Assembly: GCA_012295275.1 (NCBI GenBank) | Contig: CM022667.1 | Span: 11,966,001-12,030,000 of the forward strand | Source: Chrysomallon squamiferum | Lineage: Eukaryota; Animalia; Mollusca | DNA length: 64,000 nucleotides | Direction: 5' to 3' | Shown: positions 31,531 through 47,530 of the stretch, one piece after another | Layout: each line of letters opens with the position of its first letter | Position numbering within the stretch: the stretch's first letter is position 1 | The notes under the pieces: model-generated | Databases searched by the model: none | Told to the model about the DNA's origin: nothing | What the model saw: the letters and a program-made list of their open reading frames with translations, nothing else | Position numbers and translations under genes: made by a program

Positions 31531-32901
31531 ATCTATCTATCTATTACAGTTACTATTATTTTAATACCAGCTTTTCTAATTTAACCTGCCGTAGTCATGA
31601 GGTAAAGTTTAATTAAATGTATACATGTGTGTGTGTGTGTGTGAGTGCGTGCGTGTGTGTGTGTGAGTGTGTCTGTGTGTTTGCCTGTTTGTATGTGTGT
31701 GTGTACGACGTAAAAGTAAGCACGGTCAGACGAATATACACGATTAATCACAGAATCAGGAAAACAACGACATCAGTCATCTAAAACAACATCAACGAGA
31801 ACAACAATAACATTAACAATAACAGTAAATATAATATTAATTAAATTTACGATTTTCTGTTACTGCTGTTTCTACTACTGATGATAATAACGATAATATA
31901 ACAACGCTACTATTATTACCGCTGCTACTACTACTACTTACTACTTCTACTACTTCTACCACTACTTCTGCTACTTCTACTACTAATTTTGAAGAATAAT
32001 TACTTTAACGTATCTTCATATGCATTTTGTTAAAGACATAATCCCTGTAACATATCACTCCATGAGACTAGAAAATGCGAAAAGATAGATCCAAAGAGGT
32101 TTGAACCTGTAACACATCTTCCTTTCCAAAACTAGCTGGTAACGACATTCGAACCCAGCGCCTGTCGTTTCTCAGTTATGGATTAACTGGCACTTCTGTT
32201 GGCACACTGTAAATATTATTTTGTAAAAATCACATCAACGAAAAAAAAAAACGCACATAGAATCACGCTGCTTCTAATCACGTGGAATATTAAAGATTAT
32301 CTGAGACATTATATCACAAACGCTATGTCATTATATTAATCTTTTGGCACGGTAGCATATATTATTTGCCGTATCACATCACTAATATACTAATACACAG
32401 TGTTATTATATCAATCTCTTGGCATTGTAGTAAATAGTGTTTGCAATCGCTGAGATTAATTCAGAATGATTGAACGATTGTTTAACGACAACCCGGCGTA
32501 CACAAAAAAATAATCGGCTACCGGGTGTCATTCTCTGATCGTAATACCGGTAGATTAAAACAGAATCGTATTGTTATTAATCCGCAGGTGTGTACAGATA
32601 CAAGGTGAGATACACGGGCTGACATATCGGCCACACCCGACCTGACGGTCAGGCCTGGCATGTAGATATAACATGCGATAGGGTCGTGTTTTCTGATCTC
32701 CAAAATCTGAATTGTGTTCCGAGAAACCCGAGCACATTAGCAGTTTGCGGAGATTATCTTTTAATACAGGCAAATAAATTAATTGACGAAGCATATGACG
32801 CGAGCTGTAGTCTGACAATGTCTTTTAACACGTGTGTCCCGCCGTGTGAGCTGGGTGATGGCCTCCTGTCTGTTTTCTGTGTGTTGTCGTAGTGTCAGAA
32901 T

Positions 32902-33009
<108 letters not shown>

Positions 33010-34978
33010 AGAACAGATATAATCAACATTGAGAGAGTGTGTAGAGAGAGTGTGTATATATATATATATATATATTGTATGTGAATGTGTATGTGTGTGC
33101 ATGTGTGTGCATGTGTATATATACATATATATATATTGCAATTTATTTAACCCGCCATTTTATGATATTAAATGAAGCAGTTAATGACTAGCAATATACA
33201 TGTATGTTTCTGTGTGTGTGTGTGTGTATGGTAAGAAATGTATTATTACAGATCGAAAAAACAGTTGGATATATGTATATTTTATACATGTAAAAACACA
33301 TACTATGTACGAACGTCCATTCATATATATATATATATATATATTTGAAAGAAAGAATGTAATTTTTAAAAAGTTCTAATTAAAAAAAAAAACGACGTTC
33401 AAATGAAGAAAAGCAATATCTCGCAGTAAACTAAGCAAAACATCTGAACCGACGTAATTTAAAATAAACAACAAAAAAATCAAACACAGCATTTAATCCT
33501 CTGTTTTCAATCGGGAGTCGAATTTCGAAATCGGAGGATACTCTGAACAGAGCCGTATTAAAAACAAGAGGCTACGGATACACGCCAAAAAACTTCATGT
33601 CAGACGTTTCGCAAGAACCGCGACAACAAGAACCCCCCCCTCCACCCACTTAAACACCTGACAAACGAACCACCAAGGCGGAAATTACGAAACAACGAAC
33701 TGCACGGAATACGGTTGCAATATCAAGCGTTAGATATCAGTGGAGGAAAATTAATCAGTGGTATCGGGTGTGGTCTGAGAAGACCTCCGCTGTCAAAATC
33801 GCCAGTCCTGTGCCCGCTGCACAATGGAGCACCTGCCTTTGTACCTACGTGTGTGGCTCTGCAAAAGATACCTTGACGAACTGTATCAGATCGGTATCGT
33901 TGTCATCTGTCCGGGGAACAATTTAATGGGTCAGGGGACCTGAGAGGAGTATCGCCCGCGCTCAGTGTATCGGAAAATACCATCTGAATGTTTGAACATG
34001 ACAGTTCGCCGATTCATGGCTTCCCATCACGCGAGCCCGCTGACTCGTCCCCGGGTCCCCGTTCGCATTGTCTCCCCTTTTCTGTCAGTCAAACAGGCGA
34101 GCTCTCGTAACGAAGAAGGTAAGGACTGGTGTATAGTGTTGTTTTTGGGGGTTTTACTGCCACGCGAGTGCGACACGGACATGTATTTCTGTGACCCTAG
34201 CGTAAAGGAGAAACATGTCTGATGTATTAGTTTCAGTATGACGACTTACATGATTAATTACCGACGTAAAAAAAAGAAGAAAAAAAAAAAGAAAAAAAGA
34301 GAAAAAGAGAGATAGAGGCAGTCAGCATAAAGGTTGCATATGTGTATCTTTAACCACATATTCAGAAAGAAAGAGACTGCTAAGCAGAACTAAAGATAGG
34401 CAGCAAGGGAAGACAGATGAAATACATAGAAAGAGAATAGAAAAAATAGATAGACGGAGAGCAACAAAAGTAAAAAAAAAGATAGAGAATCATGGAGATA
34501 GAAAAAATACATAAATAAATAAATAAATAAATAAATAATAAATAATAAATAATAAATAAAATAAAATAAATAAATAAAATAAAATAAATAAAATAAATAT
34601 AAATAAAAAATAAAATAAAATAAACAAATAGATTTTAAATAAATAAATAAAATAATAAAAAAAGAGGTTTTTTTTTTTCGTGGCTCTAAAATTGACTGTT
34701 TCTGATGTCGTGTCGGTGGCAAACATGTTCGAGCTATTAATTAACTACGTACATATCACGTTTTATTGTAACAGGTGTAGGCAACGGCATCCGTGTAAAT
34801 TAGAAGACTAAATCAGTTTTATGTATTGTACTGAGAGTGTTCGTTTTTGTACAGTGAAAATGTACCGGAAACAACAACAACAACAAAGAAACAAACAAAC
34901 AAACACACGATATTAATAATGAAATTAAATAAATAAATAAAATAATGGTAGAAAGTAAAAATGGTAGTGATGATAATA

Positions 34979-35110
<132 letters not shown>

Positions 35111-35601
35111 AGAAACAGAGAGAGAAAGAGCACGCTAAAAGTGATATTTAGTACACAATTATGAAAAAACCCTTTTATTTTCATCAAAGACATTTTTTCC
35201 ATTGTTGTTCCAGTTCCTCTACGCACGTTTCTCAAACCTTGTTTCTCTTAGCGAAAACTCGCCACGCCCCCTAACACACCAACGCCTCGCAGCGGCATTT
35301 CGATTGATGTCTTACCAAGGGCGAGCAACTCTCATTCAACGCGGTGGTCTGGGTTGTGACTCGGTGCGATTTCTAGGTTTACTTCCACACCGGCAACATA
35401 TTAGAGCGGATTATGGGCTGTTCTGGTTCTGCTCGTAGTTTCTCTAACACCTGTCATACAGCGGAGTGATCCGTGCTTTAGCCTAATCCTCGGTACACAG
35501 ATATGCTAATTAGCGGGGAGATGCTAAAAACCGTCTCGGACATCAGAGAGGTTTTTACACGCGGCTTCAAAACGCCTTTTGCACGCGGAGATCACTCGTT
35601 T

Positions 35602-35644
<43 letters not shown>

Positions 35645-35932
35645 GTGTCACGTGGTAAGTGTGGAGATTGTAGATTCTAGGATCGAAGCCTGCAACCTGA
35701 TTCAGTATATATTGTATATAAATTTCACAGTCTTTTGAAAGTGTTATTTCTAATCTGCTACTACTACTACTACTACTACTACCACTACTACTGCCACCAC
35801 AACTACTTCTACTACTACTGCTTTTATTGCTACTGCTACTATTACTACTATTAATGCCACCATCACTTCTACTAAAAATAGAATAGAATAAAATGAAAAT
35901 TAATAAATAAATAAATAAATGAAAATAATAAC

Positions 35933-35985
<53 letters not shown>

Positions 35986-36122
35986 TAATAATAATAATAA
36001 TAATAATATTGTATTGGTATGTATGTATGCATGTTTTATATGTATGTTTGTATGTATGTATGTATATATGTATATATTTATGTATGTATTTATGAATGTA
36101 TGAAGAAGAAGAAGAAGAAGAA

Positions 36123-36184
<62 letters not shown>

Positions 36185-36685
36185 CGATGAAGAAGAAGAA
36201 GAACAACAGCAACAATGATACATTTATGCGTCTGCATTCTTCTTTCGACCTGTCCCGTGTGTTTGTCATTCCCACACAACAGAATCAACGATTACGTCAA
36301 ACTGTTTTCAGTGTGCAGAGGTTTGTGCATCCTGACACGAAAGTTTTGCTCAGTTTAAAACGCATCGGGTTGCAGCACGTAACGGTTATATTACTTGTTG
36401 GTGATAACACCGATAATAAACTTTGTACCATTAATACATACTTCACTTTGAAAGATAAAGAAATATTTCAACGCAAATAAACTTGGTTGCTGATAAGTCG
36501 TCAAGTACAGTGTACGTTACTGGAGGTTAGTTAAAAGTGTTTACGTATTGTTGCGTTTTAAAATCATGGTTTGTGGTATGCGCGTTTTTTAAGTTAACAT
36601 CAGAACACCTTCCATTTGTGTGAGATTCCGAAAGTCTGTTCAGCTCATTAATATATGGATCGCTACTGCAGATTTTCATTAACAA

Positions 36686-36750
<65 letters not shown>

Positions 36751-37805
36751 TCATAATGATAATAAAACAGATCAAGCAGTCCTCAGGATCCAATATAATT
36801 ATCTGACAAAAACATGGTGAGAAACACAAAAACACACACACACACACATACACACGCACGCACTCACACACACACACACACACACACATATACATATACG
36901 CAAATACACAAATACATACAAACATACTTAAAAATACGTACGTACATACATTACTACATATATTACATACATTCATAAATACATACATACATACATACAT
37001 ATATAACATGCATACATACATACATATATACATATTAAAACATACAGATACATACATATACACAGTTATGCACTATATATTCCACTTACACATTTATTAA
37101 GTTTTAAAAACCACGAGTCAAAAGAAGCATAATCTAGAATGGGAAATAATCCACAATTAGTCCCGTCACAGTCTACTGACTGGTGCCCCATTCATTTTGT
37201 GCTGGCATCTTCAGAGATGAAAATAATTTGACATGATAAATGGGTTCTAGATATTATTAAAATCGTATAATAAAAAAAAAATTTACCTTTTTTTTTTACT
37301 TGCCTATGCAACGCTTTACTAAGCAAGATAAAAAAAGAATTAAAAAAAAAAAAAAAAAAAAAAGAAAAATGTTAAAAAAGTTAAAACTAAAACAACATTG
37401 GACTTTATTCTGCTATAGTGAATCTTATTATTATTCTTTTTTTTCTTTTTTTTTTTTACTTTTCTTGTTCCCTTTTTATTTGTTGTTCTTCTTCTTATTA
37501 TTCTTTTTTTCAACCTTGGCTCTTTGTCAATCATTTTGGCAGTAGTAGTCGTTACGTGAGATCTGTGTCTATCTTTCTAAATATCGTCTATTTGCTGCCA
37601 ATAAAACCCTGGGTAAGTTCATTAACGCTTAAAAGATAATAAATAACAGCGCGAGGCTTTGTCACAAGTCGTTAGAAGAAAAAAAAAAAAAAAAAACCCG
37701 AATCGCATTCTAAACACAAGCTGATATAAAAATAAAAAATAAATAAAAATAAAAATAACAATAAATGAAAAACTCTCGATCATTTGCATATCAGTGTCAC
37801 TTATA

Positions 37806-37840
<35 letters not shown>

Positions 37841-38437
37841 AAAATAAAAATAAAAAAAAAAAAATATATAAAATAAAAAAGAAAGAGAAAAAGATGGAAA
37901 GAAAAGTATAAAAAAAAAATAAAAATAAAAAGATGGAAAGAAAAACAGAAAAAAAATAAAATAAAAAATAAATAATGATATGCAAGTCGCCTAAACAATG
38001 CAAGAATCATAAAACACGTGGCGACATTTATTAAAGAGAGACACTTCTGGGATTGATTTTTTTTTTGTTTGTTTGTTTGTGCAGCTCGAACGAATCCAGA
38101 ACGATGTTATCATCCTCCCAGCGCTTTCTAGTCTGTCTGGGGAACTTTTTAAAACATGGCCGTAAAGAAAGATTCTCGCTGGCTGTCTTCACCGCGCGCC
38201 AGTTATCTGTTACCTTACACCAGCCTCGAAACCCAGGCCCGGGGAAAACGAGCGACCCTGCTTAACACGGCGTGTAATACTAGCGACTTACACGTAACGC
38301 GATAGCCTTTCACAAGTTTGACAACAAATTTTGTGTAAGATCACAAAAAGTCGCCCATCGGAGCGTAAAATGGTTTACATATTTTCCCCGCAGGGCACTG
38401 TGGTGTGTTTGTCTCTGTATAAGGTTGAAATGAAATG

Positions 38438-38468
<31 letters not shown>

Positions 38469-39099
38469 AAACAAAAAAACAACAACGATGTAACGTGTTC
38501 TGTTTGTTAAAAAGGAAAGAAAAAAAAAAAAAAAGAAAAAAATTATGTATATATGTATACACACACATACACACACACAAAAGAAAACCCCATGGATATA
38601 TGATCATAAACTATATTTTGTGACAAAACGATAAATGGGTAATAATTTAAATAAATCAGTTTTTTATATGGTCGACGCTTGTAGGGTTACGAGGTTCTGT
38701 TTGACAATCAAACTGCTTCACTCGAACCCCCAGTGGTTGCTTTTTTTTTTTTTTTATTAAACGAATTTACATTCGATGTCATTCTGCGCAAGAAAGTTAA
38801 AACAGTTTATTACATCAGATTCTATAAGGTAGGGTAAGTGTCTCTGGGAAAAATGATAGAACCCAACACAATCTTAACGTTTCGTAACGTAAGATAGTTC
38901 TCAACACAAAACAACATAAAATTATACTATATCATAAAGTAACGTAGCACAGCACACTAATAACACAATAATAACGTCACCTACTGCAAATTAATGTAGA
39001 TTAACACAAACAACAAAGCTTAACAAAATTAAACAAAAAATAATAATAAAATTACAAATACTGTTGTGCCGCATTTATCCGCGTGTGTGTTAAAGGAAA

Positions 39100-39340
39100 T
39101 AAGAAGAATTCCTGAAAATTTCAGAAAATATGTGTAATCACTGAATTGAAAGCAATATGGCCAGTGTTGGAGATTGTCCTAGGGAAAACTTGGACCATCC
39201 ACGGAGCCAAGTATCTGTAGAAAGACCAGTTTTTTCATAGTGAGGACATAACAGTATAACTGAATGGACGTTTTGACTCATGCTTGTTCAGTTTTTCGTA
39301 GAAAAATCAAGTGATCCCCATTTGTGGCATTCTGTTGGGT
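39100..39340 (+). mobile_element. Decayed rve-integrase-type transposase fragment (KRBA2/SCAND3-like, Ginger-type)
   Basis: VITELKAIWPVLEIVLGK / frameshift / HPRSQVSVER ... NSITEWTF*LMLVQF resembles the remembered consensus ELK.LWP.LKIVHGKPRH.QSQGSVER...W..GL.FVQF; contains stops and frameshifts. Confidence 0.7.
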
Positions 39341-40191
39341 TCTGGTTCTTGAAATTCTACATCGATGCAGCCAGAAGATGATCTACTTGCAGCCACTGCA
39401 TTGCCAGTTTAAATAGCAGATGCCAAGTCCGTAGATAAAAACGTAGTTTTATCCTACACGTCTTCATGAAAATAATACGAATTAAAAGGAAAAATCACAC
39501 GGACTTCAGGATCCTAGTACTGTATGTCATACATTACTAAAATTTACTGCAGAACATATTTTAATTTATTTTTTCGTGTTTTGGTATTTTGGTCAAAACA
39601 CAATAATAAATTAGAATAAACAAAGAAACAAAGAAACAAATAAACAAACAAACAAACAAATAAATAAATAAAATTAAAAATGTCTTGAATATAGTCCGAC
39701 TACTACTATTACTACTACTACTACTACTACTACTACTAATAATAATAATAATAAGAAAAAAATAATAACCATAATGGTTTTGTTGTAATAGTAGTAATAG
39801 TAATAAAAATAATAAAATCTAAAGAACAAAAAATATTTAAAAAAAAACAAAAAACAAAAAACAAAAAACAAATATAAAATAAATAAATAAATAAATAAAA
39901 AGAAGAAGAAGGAGAAGAATTTCTAATACCATTGTTATTCAGATACAGTGGCAAACATCTATTGTATTCTGTCGAGTAAAATATATTTTAAAATAATAAT
40001 AATAATTATAACAGTGACTGTATGCATTTAAATGATTACCAAAAATTCCGTGTGAATTTTGCTTTCTTCGTAAACAAGGTGTAACATAATATGAACATCA
40101 GCGTCAACATCAAAATGGATATAAGATATCGTTGAAAAACATCTTGTCTTCTTTATAATTAACTTCTACTAAGAAAATATGTGTCTGTGTC

Positions 40192-40292
<101 letters not shown>

Positions 40293-41321
40293 ATTGATTG
40301 ATTCTTGGCTCCTTTATTCGTTTTTCTACTTCTTATTCTATCCGTCTATCTGTCTTAGACGTTCTGTGTTCTTTTTGTTGGCCTCCTTCTCTCTCTCTCT
40401 GCCTCCCTCTCTCTCTCCCTCTCTCTCATTCTTTGAATCTATCAAAACCTCACAACCTAATCATAAACAAACAAAACAAAAAAAAAAAAGAGCAGGAAAT
40501 AAAATCCCCGACAGTTTGAAGACCACGTAATTCATGTTAGTATTTTCCAGTGACAGCCTTATCCGTCTTATTTCCCTCACGTCTAGTCACAGCTCAGATC
40601 AACAGTATACTGCCAGCCGCGGTGTTCAGTGATACCCGTAATTTTGCTGTTCTTTACTAGAATTCTGAGACCCGTGAAGCAGAAGGGTCAGACAACGTCA
40701 CAACTCGTATGACTGATAAATATGACGTTGTGTGTTATTCGTTTTTCTTTATTTTCATTTTTCTTCCCTTCTTTTTTTTTTTTCTTTGTTTTTCTTTCTT
40801 TAATTATTATTATTATTATTATTATTATTAAATTATTTTTGCTCCGGATTTAACTAATGTAAACTAAAATGCAATAATAAAAATAAACAGTAAATAAGTG
40901 AACCTTTAAACGACTACATGGTAAACGCTTATGGGGTTTTTTTTTTTTTTTTCTTCTTTTGTTTTCTTTTATAATTATTTTTATTACATGCACGCAGGTG
41001 TTTTTGAAAAATAAAGAATTTTCGTTCTTAGCAGTTATAAAATCACAAATTTAACGTTATGTATATATATATAAAAAAACGTTCTCCATATAATTAACCG
41101 ACTTCGCAGAAACGTTAAATGTCACTTGCAGATCGTGTTGTAATGGTATCAGATTCAGATAAGTGTTTAATTATTTTAAAATGATCCACGTTCGTTGAAA
41201 AAAACACACAAAAAAGGCGACAACCAGGCAAAAATAATAAATCTTTGGCGCCTTTGAGAGTCTATTACAGTGACGTCATTTGTTCTGGGCAATTGTTCGT
41301 GTTTGCTCATAAATGAAATAT

Positions 41322-41402
<81 letters not shown>

Positions 41403-41984
41403 AAAGAAATAAGACAAAAACAAAACAAATCAATTAAACTAAACTAATAATAGAAAGAAGAAAGAGAAAAAGAAAACATTTAATTTGAATGTGCTTCTTT
41501 AATTTAGAATATGCATACATGCATACATACACACGTACGTACGTACACAACTACATACACAGACAGATATACTCATACATACATATACATATATATATAT
41601 ATATATACACAATCATTTACCTACATACACAATATGCTTATCTTAAATTCATTTATCGTGAATCATCTCCTTTCTTCCATCTCCTTTGCTACAGAAATAG
41701 GAAAAGCCTTTTTTTTTTTTTTTTTTTTTTTAGTTACCTCCCTTGAAACAGTTAGAATATGTGAATTAAAATACGCGTGTTGCAGATGAGATCAGAATGA
41801 ACTTACGCCGTTTCACGGTATCCGATATTCAAGATGTCTGACATTGTTTTAAAACTGTATGATATCGGATGGTCGACTTCGTGCGAGTAACACCTGTAAA
41901 TTCTATGTCTGGTCACTTACTGCAGTTTCAGATTATAGGGCAATGATGCAATATTCATTTGAACTGAAAAGATCAAATGTATAG

Positions 41985-42053
<69 letters not shown>

Positions 42054-42239
42054 TATTGTTACTACTGCTACTACTGCTGCTTCCAGTTCTACTTTTCCTA
42101 CTTCTACAACTTCTACTACTACTTCTACTCTGGTTTAATTGTTGAAGAATGTTAATATCTCACATGCTTACGACAGCTGATAAAGCAGCGATAGACACAA
42201 AAGTAGACAGAAAAAAGAAAAAAAAGAGAGAGTGAGTGA

Positions 42240-42317
<78 letters not shown>

Positions 42318-42585
42318 CTTGGCTTCTTTATTCGTTATACTTTTTTTTCTTTTTTTGTCGTTTATAGTGATGTGTATAAATAAAAAAGAGAATAAGAGCT
42401 GATTGGAATTTAATGCATTTTATACTTGTTAAGATAATCTTGTTTTCATTATTATTTTCTTTTTAGTACATATGAATGTAGTTTTTTCTCTTTAACTTTC
42501 GAAATGTTTCTCTTTTACTTTTGTCAGTGTATCTTCATACTACTAGCTTGTTTTTCTTTTCTCTTCCGTATTCTCACCTTCGCTC

Positions 42586-42690
<105 letters not shown>

Positions 42691-43289
42691 TGGACACACA
42701 CTCGTCGCAACATTTCCACACAGGAAAAAAAAAAAAAAAAAGTATCAGTAAAACAAACAAAACAAAAAAAGTATTTCTTAGTCAAACGAAGCAGGTCGAA
42801 ACCTTTGACCTGATGAGGACAACTGTAACCGAATCGTCGAGGCAACCTCGGGTGAAGCTACTTTAAAAGCACTCCAACATTTTTTCACATTGTCTGGTCA
42901 CCTCTTCTCACTTACCTTCCACCACCGTGATTACCCATTTCGGCCTAACACGCGATAGCCACTTTCAGGAAAGTTTACGACCAATAAACTGTTTGTGAAT
43001 TACCTTCAGTTTTAGCGGCTTCTTCTCGGGAGTTAAGCCGATACGTAGGCGTCATTGTGTCCACCGTGTTTCTGTTTTGTTGTGAAATCTTTATGATTAG
43101 AAGGGACATCGGTCAGAGGGTTTGTGTTCCGAAGAAGGACAGAAGAAAACAGTAATGGTTATCTTGTTCTCACATCGTTTATTTAAGACCGAAAACATGG
43201 CCTTGGATAGGGACATTTGTCCTCCGAAATTTTTCAGCAAATACAGCTGTTTGAAGAAAAAACAGTCTTCAATAATAATAATAATAATA

Positions 43290-43324
<35 letters not shown>

Positions 43325-44587
43325 TATGATAATAATAATAAGAAGAAGAACTATAACAACTGCAAAAACAAGACATTGTCAGTTAAACAAAACAAAAACA
43401 AATTAGAAAATTTAAAAATTTAAAAAAATCATTCTGGAACATAAACGACTTTATTTATGAATCACGAAACACCAATGTTGTTTGAGATTAATTCTTTGAT
43501 TATATACTCGAAAACAAAATATTTAAAACACAATAGTATTCATGTACTCAAGAGTCGGAAGGTTTTCTTACTTACAGCTTCGATTTAGTATTAATATGGC
43601 GGAAACAGATACCGTTTAGTCCAGTCTGAATTCAGCAGAATAACTCACACAGTCGATAAATAATTACAGGCGAAATAAAATTTGGAACGAAAAACTACGT
43701 ATATCGACTTCTGTATTGACAAAAGCCACCATAAATTTATTAGTTGTAACAGAACGTTAACGCCACAACGATAACGTGATACGAGCAAATTCTGTTGTTG
43801 ACAACGAAGCTGGTGTAGTTGCTTCCGTTCACATGAAAGACGACAGCAGTGCGCCTAACAGCGAAACGACAACAACGACAACAATAACAACAGTGCTTTT
43901 AGTTTTTAGCAATATTAAAACAATAATTGTGGGGTGGAGGGAAGAAAAAAGATATTGAAAAAAAGAAAAAAAAAAAAAAGAAGAAAAATATATAATAATA
44001 ATAATAATAAGAAGAAGAAGAAGAAGAAGAAGAAAAAGTAGAAGGGGAGAAGAAAAACTACACAACAGAAAGAAGACGGAAAAGATGAAGAAAAAGAAGA
44101 TAAAACGAAGAAAGAAAGACGCAGTGTAACAAGAAAAGAAGAACAAGAAAAGAACAAGAAAAGAAAAGAAAAAAAAAAAAAGACATGGATTATTATATAC
44201 ATATCAGGTTGTAACAAACGATCTTGTTGAGACCGCTAAATTGAGCAGAACAAATACGCCATTTTATTGTAAACGCAGAAGATTGCCGTCTGACAAAAAT
44301 TCACGTTAGCACCCGCGATGTTTGCCGAGATAGGTCCGTTTAATCATTTGTGGTCTCGCTCGATCGCGCGCATGACGAAAACCCGGTTGTCATTTTTTTT
44401 TTCCGACACAGGGCCGCTTGAGCGCTATAAAACATCGCGCCTATCACGGCAAAACATCTTGTATGTAATTGTAATGGCACAAAGAGTTTATTTGAATGAA
44501 TGGTGGGGGTGTAATTGATAACATTATAAAACACGTGTAATTAGACCCCGGCTATCTCCAACATGCTGCTCGCAGGACGGCGGACAG

Positions 44588-44619
<32 letters not shown>

Positions 44620-45673
44620 AAGAAAAAACTTGGGCTTCTGGAGTAACGTGATCTTGTTTGGAACTCTTCTTTGTGAGGCGATAAGCGAAGCGTAGAGAGT
44701 AGACTGACTTTGGATACACTTTTTTTTTTTTTTTTTTTTTTTTTTGTACATAAAGGAGAAGAAAAAAAAAAGAAGAAGTAAAAAAAAAAAGAGCGAGATA
44801 GAAAGAAAAGAGAAGCTGTTCATGTTTTTAACTATCTTTTTGGAATGATTTCTTATTTTTTGTTATTTAGTAAAAAAAAAATAAAGTAAAATAATAATAA
44901 TGACAACAACAACAACAACAATAACAATAACAGTAACAATAACCATAATAATAATAATTATTATAATAACAATAATAACAATAATAATAATAATAGAATA
45001 GAATAGAATAAAATAGAATGAAATGAAATGGAATAAAATAAAAATAAAAATGATAAAAAAGTAACTAACCAACCAACTAAATAAATAAATAAATTTAAAA
45101 AAAATAAGTAAATAAATAGAAAGTAAATAAATAAATAAAAAGTAAAAAATAAATGATTAATAAGGTAAACAAGTAAATAAGTATTTATTTATTTAATTAT
45201 GTTTGAAAATAAGAATTAATGCGTTCTAAAATAACACGATTAATGTAAAACAGCCCCCCCCCCAAAAAAAAAAATAATAAGAAAAAAATGAAAGAAAAGA
45301 AAAAAAGAAAAAGGAGAAGAAATAGTTTCAGAAAAAATATTTAGTTTGCAAGAATGAAAAATGTTCTAGTGATCTGGTCCTGATTTTACAGTATATTTTA
45401 AAATATGATTAAAGATGAGAACTTTTTTAGACTGGCTATTTTATAAAATACATTTTGCAATGTTTAAGTTTATTTGTCACAAACTGTAATTTAAATAAAC
45501 GGATATGTTTTGAATTTAAATAGGAAATAAAATAAACTGACAGATAAAATAATTCTATTAAATAATAATAATAATAATAAATAAATAACTAAAATAAAAT
45601 AAAATAAAATTATATATATAAAAAAATAATAATAATAAATAAATAAAATAATAATAATAATAATAAAATGATA

Positions 45674-45721
<48 letters not shown>

Positions 45722-45781
45722 TTATTGTAATAAATGTTATAAAAAGTTTTTTAAATTAAATAATATAAATAAATAAAATAA

Positions 45782-45819
<38 letters not shown>

Positions 45820-46391
45820 TAAAATTAATTAAAAAAGTAATAAAATAATTGTAATAAATGCTGTAAAAAGTTTTTTAAATTAAATAATATAAATAAATAA
45901 AAGAATAACTATACATATAAGCAAGCAATAAAAAAACTAACTAAAAATAAATAAATAATCAAAAATAAAAATAAAAATATAAAATATAAATATATTATGA
46001 AAAAAAATGTGTTTTATAAAATATGTTGATATTTCAAATTTTTTTTCATTTAAAAAAATACACGAGTATTAAGCCTTCCATAAAAGCAGCATAAAACGAG
46101 AGACAGAGAAAAAAAAAAAGGAGAAAATATTTAATAAATATACTACCTTTAAAAAAATGTGTCTTTGATCCTTGTACAGAAAAGGGTTCAAATGTTACTA
46201 TTTATTTATATGTTGATTACCTTGTGACACATTCGTAAGGTATCAGTTTTAATATTTATTAAATTGCTAAATTTCCCATCTACTGACGTTGTAAAATTTC
46301 TAAATTAAACAATAATATTTTAATGTTCCAGAAAACAACGTGCACACGTGGGTACGTTTAGATTTTATGATTGGAGTGATACCAGCGATAT

Positions 46392-46478
<87 letters not shown>

Positions 46479-46537
46479 GAATAGTGAAAAGAACTGTAAA
46501 CGTAGCAGAAATGAATGCTAAGTAAAACGTCAGTAAA

Positions 46538-47530
46538 TTTTCGTTTATTACGTATACTATTTTCGTTTATTACGTATACTATTTTCGTTTATTACGTATA
46601 CTATTTTCGTTTATTACGTCTACTATTTTCGTTTATTACGTATCCTACTTTCTTTCATTACGTATACTATTTTCGTTTATTACGTACAGTATTTTCGTTT
46701 ATTACAAATACTGCTTTCTTTTATTACGCATACTATTTTCGTTTATTACGTATACTACTTTCGTTTATTACGTATACTACTTTCTTTTATTACGTATACT
46801 ATTTTCGTTTATTACGTATACTATTTTCGTTTATTACGTATACTGTTTTCGTTTATTACGTATACTATTTTCGTTTATTACGTATACTATTTTCGTTTAT
46901 TGCTTATACTATTTTCTTTTATTACGTATACTATTTTCTTTTATTACGTATGCTACTTTCGTTTATTACGTATACTACTTTCTTTCATTACATGTACTAT
47001 TTTCGTTTATTACGTATACTATTTTCGTTTATTACGTATACTACTTTGTTTTATTACGTATACTATTTTCGTTTATTACGTATACTACTTTCTTTTATTA
47101 CGCATACTATTTTCGTTTATTACGTATACTATTTTCGTTTATTAAGTATACTATTTTCGTTTATTGCGTATACTACTTTCTTTTATTGCGTATACTGTTT
47201 TCGTTTATTACGTATAGTATTTTCGTTTATTACGCATACTATTTTCGTTTATTACGTATGCTACTTTCGTTTATTACGCATACTACTTTCGTTTATTACG
47301 TATACTACTTTCTTTTATTACGCATACTATTTTCGTTTATTACGTATACTATTTTCGTTTATTACGCATACTGCTTTCGTTTATTACGTATGATACTGTA
47401 ATTTATTACGTATACTACTTTCTTTTATTACGTATACTACTTTCGTTTATTACGTATACTATTTTCGTTTATTAAGTGTACTGCTTTCGTTTATTACGTA
47501 TGCTACTTTCATTTATTACGTAACTATTTT
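46538..47530. repeat. 22-bp minisatellite, ~45 copies
   Basis: Consensus TTTTCGTTTATTACGTATACTA read directly from the sequence. Confidence 0.95.

Noticed and set aside
45715-45900. ~60-bp local duplication in AT-rich DNA (similar degenerate repeat at 9120-9310)
   Set aside because: Ordinary slippage products in low-complexity sequence.
46515-47393. 292-aa hydrophobic ORF resembling a multi-pass membrane protein
   Set aside because: Direct translation of the 22-bp minisatellite; overlapping frames give the same periodic peptide.
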